From contig NC_017039.1 in NCBI RefSeq assembly GCF_000284455.1, positions 1,200,001-1,232,000 on the forward strand: a DNA stretch of 32,000 nucleotides. The letters are read 5' to 3'. The DNA is from Synechocystis sp. PCC 6803 substr. PCC-P (GTDB lineage: Bacteria > Cyanobacteriota > Cyanobacteriia > Cyanobacteriales > Microcystaceae). The notes below the pieces were generated by a model. The model saw nothing but the letters and a program-made list of their open reading frames with translations, made no database searches and had not been told where the DNA came from. Made by a program: the position numbers and the translations under genes. Positions 1 to 7,820 of the stretch are shown one piece after another. Every line of letters begins with the position of its first letter. The first letter of the stretch is position 1.

Positions 1-52
1 CCCGCGCCAACCAGAACCATTATCTAAATTTCACGGCCAGCAGTCTATTAGG

Positions 53-2086
53 TTGCAAAGTTTTCCTGAGCTCTGTTTAAGTTTACCTGAAGGCAGTCAT
101 TATTTGACTGCAAGAATGAATTTATATGAACATTTTGGTCATGATCAGGTGTTTAAAGCTTGCATTGATTACCTAGAAAAAGCCCTAGAAAAATTGGGAA
201 TACTAGATAGCGATATTCCAGCTAGGTTATTACTAGTTTTTCCGGATCACACCCGCACCGCCATTGCGGTTCGCCTACTGTTAGACGCTATTTTTTACTT
301 CCAGGAAACCTATAAGCATTTACAATTCAGCATCCTTTTTGGTTTAGGTACCCATCCCCCTATGACACATAAAAGTGTGAGTGAATATTTGGGGGGGGAG
401 CGTTATCAAAAATTGATTAATCTGGGAATTACTATTCGTCAACAGACCACAATTGCCCCCCTGGAACCCCAAGTAAAAATTAAGGTGCAAGATCGATTAA
501 AAATTGATGAAGTTTCCAATTACAGTTTTGCAAATTTGAATAGAAACACTGCCCAGTTACAAGAAGTGATCGCCGATTTAAATACGGTTAATTTATCTGA
601 TTTAGATGAAAATTTATTGATAAAAAACCAATTTGATTTTCCTAATCAAACCAATGAGTTAAATCAAAAACCTCAAATAAAAACAACAAAACTATCCGAT
701 AATTTCAATCCGTCTCAAGAATATTTTCTTTCTTTGCCTGGGGAATTGTGGCAACATCACCTTACTATTGTAGCAGGAGACACAGAGATACATCCCTACG
801 AAAGAAGGGGCGGAAGTGGCGGCTTGAATAAAATGTTAGTGGTAGGTTTGGCCAATATTCAGGCCATTCGTCGTAGTCATAGCACCAAAGTTTTACTAAG
901 TTCGCCAATCAGTCTAGACCTAACACAAAATGCCTTTGTTCATACCTTGGATTATTTAGTAGAGTGCTTTAATCAATCTCTATTAACTCGTACTCCTTGC
1001 CTTGCTCGCACCTATCCCCTCGGCTTTTCCGTTGTTTCCTTGGAAAATCAGCATGTTAATGGTTTTTGGTTCGGCCAAAAGGATCAAGACCGACAAGCTC
1101 TGACGGCGATCGCCAAAGAAAGTCGCACTGTTCATTTACCAGAAAAAATTCATATTCTAGTGGTGGATACAGATATCAAAAAAGGCACTGATATTTTAGC
1201 TGGCGCTAGAGCTTTACAATACGTATGCGAGTGGGATAGTCAAGAAAATTGTCTGCTAGCCGATACTCCTCGTCAAAGAGTTGCCCTCCTATTTAACCCT
1301 TGTCTGGAACAACAAAACCATGGTGGTATTGGTAACCAAGGGACTAAAAAGCAATTAGATGTCTTGCAAAAAATAGTGCACAGCAAAATAAAATTATTTA
1401 GTAGTCAGTTACAAATGTGTGAAAATTTCGATGATGTAATTGGTATTATCAAAACTTACCGTCGACAAGTTTTAACTGCTTGGTATCACCATTTACAACT
1501 CATTAGTGAATTTGATGATTTTCTTGTAATGATCAGAAATGTAGTGTTGATTATCCAAGAGTTGCCTAACTCATCTAAACACCAAATTAATACTAGGGAA
1601 TTTCTGCAAGCAACCTTAGCCAATTATGCCAATGAATACAGTGAAGAGGCAAAATCTATTCAAGAATTACTTGATATTTATCTCACCCACGAAAATTTAG
1701 GAGCAGTGATTACTAAAATAGATCAACTCCAGCAATATTATCAATTATCTGAAGGTTTGGGAGAAGGTGGGCAAAGAGTTTTACGTTGTTTAAAATTACT
1801 GCATAAATTTGAAACTTTTTTGCTAGCCACGGACAATCAAACCGTACTAGATTATTTGGCTAAACTAGATCCCGATTTGAACAACTATCTTCCTCCAGCA
1901 TTAAGGAAAATATTAGATAAACAAAAAATTCATCTAAATTTACTAGGAATTCGGGGCATTAATTTGACTGTTTATTCACCCCAACAATGTTTAGAATTAG
2001 CGATAAATTACGGGCAATATTACAATCACGAATCTCAAGACCTACGTATTGCTTTTCTACAAGAGCCGTTAATTGTTTACCATTAA
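53..2086 (+). CDS. LarA-like (lactate racemase N-terminal / DUF2088-type) domain protein with an N/Q-rich insertion and a ~250-aa helical C-terminal extension
   Basis: 677-aa ORF (TTG at 53; first ATG at 116). The blocks LLLVFPDHTRTAIA, GLGTHPPMTH, VAGDTEIHPYERRGGSGGLNKMLV and AIRRSHS resemble, from memory, the SDHTRP / GFHRP / SHFFAGFSGGRK / ANHS blocks of LarA-type enzymes. A 13-nt gap to the next gene suggests an operon. The function is inferred only. Confidence 0.55.
   Translation: MQSFPELCLSLPEGSHYLTARMNLYEHFGHDQVFKACIDYLEKALEKLGILDSDIPARLLLVFPDHTRTAIAVRLLLDAIFYFQETYKHLQFSILFGLGTHPPMTHKSVSEYLGGERYQKLINLGITIRQQTTIAPLEPQVKIKVQDRLKIDEVSNYSFANLNRNTAQLQEVIADLNTVNLSDLDENLLIKNQFDFPNQTNELNQKPQIKTTKLSDNFNPSQEYFLSLPGELWQHHLTIVAGDTEIHPYERRGGSGGLNKMLVVGLANIQAIRRSHSTKVLLSSPISLDLTQNAFVHTLDYLVECFNQSLLTRTPCLARTYPLGFSVVSLENQHVNGFWFGQKDQDRQALTAIAKESRTVHLPEKIHILVVDTDIKKGTDILAGARALQYVCEWDSQENCLLADTPRQRVALLFNPCLEQQNHGGIGNQGTKKQLDVLQKIVHSKIKLFSSQLQMCENFDDVIGIIKTYRRQVLTAWYHHLQLISEFDDFLVMIRNVVLIIQELPNSSKHQINTREFLQATLANYANEYSEEAKSIQELLDIYLTHENLGAVITKIDQLQQYYQLSEGLGEGGQRVLRCLKLLHKFETFLLATDNQTVLDYLAKLDPDLNNYLPPALRKILDKQKIHLNLLGIRGINLTVYSPQQCLELAINYGQYYNHESQDLRIAFLQEPLIVYH
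1106..1113. repeat. HIP1 octamer palindrome GCGATCGC (representative copy)
   Basis: About 30 perfect copies by manual scan, for example 1106, 4371, 6655, 8401, 16432 and 16862. This abundance is a hallmark of many cyanobacterial genomes. Confidence 0.9.
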
Positions 2087-2099
2087 TCATGATTGACCA

Positions 2100-3170
2100 A
2101 TGAATTCATTCTTGATTATTATTTTTCGACTGTATTTGCCTATTAGTGTGGCAATTTTAACTGGTGTTTTATTGAGTTTTTCCCTTGAAAAACTGCAGGG
2201 AAACTTTTCAAAAAACAAGCATCTGTCCCTAGTAGTTCCCAATTACTTGGGTAAGTTTCTCTTTTGGTTTGGAGTTCCCCTAGGGGTAATTAACTTTGTT
2301 CATAAAGCGAATTTATCCGGAGGAATTTGGCTCTCCCCCATCGTAGCTTGGGGCGCGGTTGTACTGGGGATTTTTCTAAGCTGGCTCTGGGTCCAAACCC
2401 TTTTTCCCAAACCATCCCTTGCTTTCCAAACTAGTTTTACTTTAGTTAGTACAGTGGGCAATACTAGTTACATCGGCTTTCCAATTATTCTATTGCTTCC
2501 CCAACTGGGGCCAGACTATTTTGGTTGGGCAATTTTGTATGATCTTTTAGGAACTTTTTTAGCCGCCTATGGCTTAGGCTCAATTTTAGCCAGTCGTAGT
2601 TTACTTACTAATCCCAACAAAATAATCAGCTTTGGTCTCGATTCACCAGTATTTCCTATTAATCAAAAGACTATTACTGACCATATTAAGTCGTCTATAT
2701 TAAAAATTTTTCAATGGCTAAAAAACAACTTAGTTATCTTAGTTAAAAATCCTACTTTAATTGCTTTTATCATTGGTTTGATTTTGCGTCCTATAGTCTT
2801 TCCTCCCTGGTTAGATATTTCTTTAGGGTGGTTTGCTTGGTCGATAATCATGCTTTCCCTAATATTGATGGGCATGCGGCTACAACAACTCGACTCATGG
2901 GGCAACATTAAGATTGCTTTCAGCGCTGTCTCGATTAAAATGCTTTTAGTTCCCCTAGTTATCGCCATGGCCCTAACCACTGCTGGATTGAGTGGCCCGC
3001 CTCGCCTAGTCTTGGTACTACAATCATCCATGCCTTCTGCTTTTGCTAGCCTGATATTAGCAGAGGCCTACGATCTAGACCGAGATTTGGTGGTGACGTG
3101 CTTGGGGCTAAGCTCTTTGATGTTATTTTTCACCCTGCCTTTCTGGCTATGGGGCTTTACCACTTGGTAA
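2100..3170 (+). CDS. AEC (auxin efflux carrier) family membrane permease
   Basis: 356-aa ORF that is almost entirely hydrophobic. Two bundles of about 5 helices are separated by a hydrophilic loop (NPNKIISFGLDSPVFPINQKTITDHIKSS). This is the usual AEC/PF03547-type layout. Confidence 0.7.
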   Translation: MNSFLIIIFRLYLPISVAILTGVLLSFSLEKLQGNFSKNKHLSLVVPNYLGKFLFWFGVPLGVINFVHKANLSGGIWLSPIVAWGAVVLGIFLSWLWVQTLFPKPSLAFQTSFTLVSTVGNTSYIGFPIILLLPQLGPDYFGWAILYDLLGTFLAAYGLGSILASRSLLTNPNKIISFGLDSPVFPINQKTITDHIKSSILKIFQWLKNNLVILVKNPTLIAFIIGLILRPIVFPPWLDISLGWFAWSIIMLSLILMGMRLQQLDSWGNIKIAFSAVSIKMLLVPLVIAMALTTAGLSGPPRLVLVLQSSMPSAFASLILAEAYDLDRDLVVTCLGLSSLMLFFTLPFWLWGFTTW

Positions 3171-3218
3171 ATTTGGTTACACGAAACTCGCCATTAATCA
3201 CTGAATGGAATCAACATT

Positions 3219-4610
3219 TTGCATAAAACTTTACCAAGATTTTTATCTTTTCCCATTACTATTTGTCTGGTAACCTTTGGTTCTTTCTTCTTATTTAGCT
3301 GTAATTCAGGTCAGGTTAACCAAATTTTAACACCTGCTGATGACAATGTGTTAAACATATGGTGGAGTGAAGGTTATTACCCAGAAGAAACGGAAGCGAT
3401 TCAATCTTCCATTGATGCCTGGCAGGCTGAAAGTCAAGCTAATGTTCAGATAATTTTTTTTAGTGAAAAAGATTTAGTGCAACAGCTGGAAAATGCCATC
3501 AAGGCCGGTAATCCACCGGATATTATTTATAGTTATAATCTTGATTTAGTGCTTCTGCCCCGACTAGCATGGGAAGGAAAATTAGCTGATGTTTCTAGTA
3601 TCATTGAGCCGATCAAACAATTTTATGATCCAGAAGCTCTTCAAAGCGTTAATTATTTTAATAATCAAACTCGCCAGCGTTCCTACTATGCTGTCCCCAT
3701 TGCCCAACAAACAACCTATATTCATTATTGGCAAGATTTACTAGCCCAAGCGGAAATTAGCGACGCTCAGCTTCCTACAGAATGGGATAGTTTTTGGCGC
3801 TTCTGGGAAGTAGCTCAAACGAATTTAATTAAGCAGAATATTGATAATATTTACGCCATTGGTTTACCTATGTCTGCAATTGCAACTGATACTTTTATCG
3901 TGTTTGAACAGTTTTTAGAAGCTTATAATGTGCAGCTTTTAGATGATGAGGGCAAACTCCGTTTTGATAATCCCCAAGTCCGCCAAGGCATTATTAATGC
4001 ATTGGAAGCCTATACCAATCCCTATTTGGAAAATTTTGTTCCTCCCAATGCCATCGAATGGGGAGATCCGGACAATAATATTAATTTTTTGAGTAATGGT
4101 ACCTTGATGACTGCCAATGGTTCCCTCTCAATTCCGGGCTCTCAAAAGGGAGACGAAATTAATTATTTTCAAAGAATGAGGACCATCCCTTGGCCTAATA
4201 AGCCAGATAACACTCCCATGCGCTATATAACTTCTATTAAGCAAATTGCCATCCTGGCCGAGACTGATCGCCTAGAGGAAGCAAAAAATTTAGTGGCATT
4301 CTTGGTCAAGACAGAAAATTTGGAAGCATATTTAGAAGGAGCCCAGGGACGATTTTTGCCGGTTATGCCGGCGATCGCCGCCAATGAATTTTGGTCTAAT
4401 GGAAAGGATCCCCACATTGCGGTAGCCATTACCCAATTTGACAATACCCGTAGTTCCTATGTCTTACTTAACCCGGCCTATAGTGAAGTTCTGGCCCAAA
4501 ATGTCTGGGGAGAAGTTATTCACGCCATTGCCACCAATCAAATCACGCCTGAAAAAGGAGCCGATCAAGCCATAAAAAAAATAACTGATATTTTTAGTCA
4601 ATGGAAATAA
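3219..4610 (+). CDS. Extracellular solute-binding lipoprotein (ABC-type family 1, sugar/oligosaccharide-like), orphan
   Basis: 463-aa ORF with a TTG start. The N-terminal signal has a lipobox-like LFSC (FGSFFLFSCNSG). Size and composition are typical of family-1 SBPs. No ABC permease or ATPase gene lies next to it. Confidence 0.75.
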   Translation: MHKTLPRFLSFPITICLVTFGSFFLFSCNSGQVNQILTPADDNVLNIWWSEGYYPEETEAIQSSIDAWQAESQANVQIIFFSEKDLVQQLENAIKAGNPPDIIYSYNLDLVLLPRLAWEGKLADVSSIIEPIKQFYDPEALQSVNYFNNQTRQRSYYAVPIAQQTTYIHYWQDLLAQAEISDAQLPTEWDSFWRFWEVAQTNLIKQNIDNIYAIGLPMSAIATDTFIVFEQFLEAYNVQLLDDEGKLRFDNPQVRQGIINALEAYTNPYLENFVPPNAIEWGDPDNNINFLSNGTLMTANGSLSIPGSQKGDEINYFQRMRTIPWPNKPDNTPMRYITSIKQIAILAETDRLEEAKNLVAFLVKTENLEAYLEGAQGRFLPVMPAIAANEFWSNGKDPHIAVAITQFDNTRSSYVLLNPAYSEVLAQNVWGEVIHAIATNQITPEKGADQAIKKITDIFSQWK

Positions 4611-4617
4611 TTTATTT

Positions 4618-5619
4618 ATGCAAAGCTGGCGACACAGGTTCCTGAGTTATGTGCTTTTAGCCTGTTTATCCTGCACTAGTTTTACTGCCTTTATTATCTA
4701 CGTTAATCTACGCCAAGCTGTAATTCAACCCACGTTTGAATTTTTGACAGAGATGACAGAGGTAAAAATTGAGCAATCAAATCATTGGTTTAGTCAATTA
4801 AAAACTGATTTTAAGGCAGACTTAACAGACACCCAAGTCAAAAAAAATGCCAGTATTTTGTTGACTCAAAGACTTAATACTAACCCTGAGTATCAGCAAG
4901 CCTACCACTATTTACACAAACATTTTAATCAAAAATATCAACAACGCCTAGCCACTTCATTAATCACCAATAGTGGCATGGTGATCTTTTCCACTGACCC
5001 CAATCAGGAGGGTCAATATCGTCCTCTACAAAATACTACAACCTATTTTAAGCTGGAAAATATCAATAATTTTACACCAAATTTTTATCAGTCTGCCACC
5101 AATCAACTACCGATGATAACCCTAGCAACTCCTTTGTTTGATCAATCAGAAAAAAGAATTGGGGTGCTGACCATAGATTTAAACTTGTCTGATCTTGACC
5201 AATGGATTCGTCAACCCGTGGCCCAGGAGGAAAATACAGAGCAATTAATGGGGGAGGTGGAAAGTTACCTAGTAGGAGGATTATCTTTAACCACCAACAC
5301 TTTTGTGAGCCAGAATATTCATCGAGGAGAAAATAAAATCAATACCACCGAAGATGTCATTTCAATCCCCACCCTAAAAAGTAATGGCATTAATAGGGCT
5401 TTGGAGATGGAAAGTGGTCAAGGCATGTATTTAAACTATGAACAAATACCTGTTTTGGGAGTTTATCGTTGGTTGCCTGCCTATCGGTTTGCCTTACTGG
5501 TGGAAGTTCGGCAGGCCAAAGTGTTTAGCTTTGCTCGGTTTCGTGCCGGGCAATTATTTGTTGGTGGTTTGGTATTCACTCTGGCGGCATCCTTTGGTTT
5601 ATTGTTGATTAAAATTTGA
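4618..5619 (+). CDS. Membrane-anchored periplasmic Cache/PDC-like sensor domain protein lacking any cytoplasmic output domain
   Basis: 333 aa. TM1 is FLSYVLLACLSCTSFTAFIIYV, followed by a ~270-aa extracytoplasmic segment. That segment ends in a Cache-like signature (GMYLNYEQIPVLGVYRWLPAYRFALLVEVRQAKVFSF). TM2 (LFVGGLVFTLAASFGLLLI) follows and the stop codon comes immediately after. The gap from the SBP gene is 7 nt. Confidence 0.6.
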   Translation: MQSWRHRFLSYVLLACLSCTSFTAFIIYVNLRQAVIQPTFEFLTEMTEVKIEQSNHWFSQLKTDFKADLTDTQVKKNASILLTQRLNTNPEYQQAYHYLHKHFNQKYQQRLATSLITNSGMVIFSTDPNQEGQYRPLQNTTTYFKLENINNFTPNFYQSATNQLPMITLATPLFDQSEKRIGVLTIDLNLSDLDQWIRQPVAQEENTEQLMGEVESYLVGGLSLTTNTFVSQNIHRGENKINTTEDVISIPTLKSNGINRALEMESGQGMYLNYEQIPVLGVYRWLPAYRFALLVEVRQAKVFSFARFRAGQLFVGGLVFTLAASFGLLLIKI

Positions 5620-5733
5620 TTGCAAATTTCCTCCTCCACAAGATAGATATCCAGGAAAATTGATCGCCACCTTAAGAGTTTTAAACAAATCCTAGACGCA
5701 AGAAATAAGCTTTTTTCTCCGTAGAATCAACGT

Positions 5734-5785
5734 CGAAAGTCCCCCTTTTTAAGCCGGAGCTTTAGTGAGGAGATTTGGGGGGATA
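5734..5785. repeat. Degenerate copy of a cyanobacterial small dispersed repeat (C5...G6 arms), possibly MITE-like
   Basis: GAAAGTCCCCCTTTTTAAG...GATTTGGGGGGAT. It resembles the widespread AAAGTCCCCCTTTTTAAGGGGGATTTAGGGGGA-type element recalled from other cyanobacterial genomes. Here the arms are interrupted, with C5 at 5741-5745 and G6 at 5777-5782. Confidence 0.25.
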
Positions 5786-6018
5786 AATACCTAGCCTCGC
5801 ACTTTTCAAACACTTTCTAAGACGAGCAGATAATTTTGGGTCTATCCCCGTCCCTTTGACCGGGTAATGATTTCAGCATAGGTAAAATTTTTTAGGCTAA
5901 GTATGGACAATGACTGTTATTTACCTGGAAATTGGAAATTCTGTCATTCCCACGGGAAAGGCCGCCCTAACCCCGTAAAATAAGGGGCAATTAGTTTTCT
6001 CGTATTTTTTCCATTGTT

Positions 6019-7065
6019 GTGAATACCACGGCTTCTTCCCCTTGGCCCCCCTTTCTCCAGCAGTTGTTGGACCGGCAATCCCTCACCCGTCAGCAGGCAG
6101 TGCAGTTAATGGAGGGTTGGCTGGACGACGATATTCCACCGGCCCTTTCCGGAGCGATACTGGCGGCAATCCAAGCTAAGGGGTTAGATCCCGAAGAGTT
6201 GACGGGCATGGCCCAGGTACTCCAGGAACAGTCCCAGGGGAACCAAGGGCGGGAGATGGTGGCCCCGTTGGTAGACACCTGTGGCACTGGGGGGGATGGC
6301 TCTTCAACTTTTAATATTTCCACGGCGGTGGCTTTTGTGGTGGCCGCGGCTGGGGTGAAAGTAGCTAAACATGGTAACCGTTCTGCTTCTAGCAAAGTTG
6401 GCTCTGCTGATGTCCTAGAGGCGTTAGGGCTTAACCTCCAAGCTGGGGCAGACCAGGTGGCGGCAGCGGTGTCGGCAGTGGGCATCACATTCTTGTTTGC
6501 GCCGGGTTGGCATCCGGCCCTCAAAAGTGTGGCTCCCATTCGCAAAACCCTTAAAGTCCGCACTGTATTCAATTTGTTGGGCCCATTGGTTAATCCTCTC
6601 CGTCCCACAGGGCAAGTGATTGGGGTTTATTCACCAGATTTTCTCTCCGTCATGGCGATCGCCTTAAAAAATTTGGGCACTGCCAGGGCCATGGTGCTCC
6701 ACGGTCGGGAGCAATTAGACGAAGCTGGTTTGGGGGCTCCCACGGACATAGCTAGTTTTAACCAGGGAGAAGTGACCCCCCAGGTATTGGATCCCCAGAA
6801 TTTCGGTTTAGCTCCGGCGCCTTTGACGGCCTTAAAGGGAGGGGATTTAGCCGAAAATGTGACCATCCTCAGCCAAGTTTTGCAGGGAAAGGGAACCCAG
6901 GCCCAGATTGATGCAGTAGCACTCAATGCCTCCTTAGCCCTCCAGGTGGGCGATGCGGTGCCCTGGGGTGACCATGGCCAAGGCATTCATTTGGCCAAAG
7001 ACATTTTGAGTCAGGGGGCGGGTTGGGACAAACTACAACAATTGGTAGCATTTCTGGGAAGCTAG
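6019..7065 (+). CDS. trpD: Anthranilate phosphoribosyltransferase
   Basis: 348 aa with a GTG start. Carries the [17 protein letters not shown] (GTGGD loop) and [21 protein letters not shown] blocks typical of TrpD. Confidence 0.95.
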   Translation: MNTTASSPWPPFLQQLLDRQSLTRQQAVQLMEGWLDDDIPPALSGAILAAIQAKGLDPEELTGMAQVLQEQSQGNQGREMVAPLVDTCGTGGDGSSTFNISTAVAFVVAAAGVKVAKHGNRSASSKVGSADVLEALGLNLQAGADQVAAAVSAVGITFLFAPGWHPALKSVAPIRKTLKVRTVFNLLGPLVNPLRPTGQVIGVYSPDFLSVMAIALKNLGTARAMVLHGREQLDEAGLGAPTDIASFNQGEVTPQVLDPQNFGLAPAPLTALKGGDLAENVTILSQVLQGKGTQAQIDAVALNASLALQVGDAVPWGDHGQGIHLAKDILSQGAGWDKLQQLVAFLGS

Positions 7066-7091
7066 GTTTAGTTAGTTTTAGTTTGGTTTGG

Positions 7092-7769
7092 CTAACCTTG
7101 TTCCCACAATTGTTGTTGCTGCTGAATCAATTCCACTCCCCGGGAAGTGCCCAAGCGGGTGGCGCCGGCCTCGATTAATGCTATGGCTTGCTCCACTGTG
7201 CGAATCCCTCCGGATGCTTTAATCCCCACCCGTCCTTGACTGATTTGATGTAACAACCGCACATCGGCAACGGTGGCCCCCTTGCCCCAGCCGGTGCTGG
7301 TTTTAAGGTATTGCACCCCTGCATCCAAACAAATTTCCGCTGCTAATCTTTTTTCCGATTCCGTGAGCCGGCCCATTTCCAAAATGGCTTTCACTGTTAG
7401 CCCTGTGGCTTCCACAATGGGGGCAATGTCGTTATAAACGGCTTCCGTATTACCGTCTTTTAATAATCCCAGATTAATTACCACATCCAATTCGGTGGCC
7501 CCCAATTCCGCTGCTTCCTGGGCCTCATAAAGTTTACTGCCGCTGGTGCTAGCTCCGGAGGGAAAACCAATTACCGCACAAATTTCCACTTTTTTCCCCC
7601 TCAACAATTCCACGGCTTGGGATAAAGCGCTGGGATAAACACACACCGCAACAAATTTATGGTGTAGGGCTTGGGCGCAGCAAGTGGCGATCGCCTCACG
7701 GGTGGTGGCGGGGTCTAGGGCAGCGTGGTCAATGTAGGGAGCAAGGTCAAACTGACGGGATTTTTCCAT
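7092..7769 (-). CDS. deoC: Deoxyribose-phosphate aldolase
   Basis: Carries [20 protein letters not shown] and the Schiff-base region LKTSTGW...IKASGGIRT, typical of DeoC. The ORF track extends to a TTG at 7796. The ATG at 7769 ([15 protein letters not shown]) gives the usual N-terminal length (225 aa). Confidence 0.9.
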
Positions 7770-7820
7770 GGGATGAAATGGCAAGGACAGGGGCAATTAC
7801 TCGACTTTTTCCTGGGGATT

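Noticed and set aside
2711-4444. Antisense ORFs 2711-3031 and 4223-4444
   Set aside because: They are nested opposite the AEC permease and SBP genes and have no supporting features.
6090-6986. Three antisense ORFs (172, 63 and 119 aa) inside trpD
   Set aside because: They lie in GC-rich coding DNA and lack motifs. trpD on the plus strand is unambiguous.
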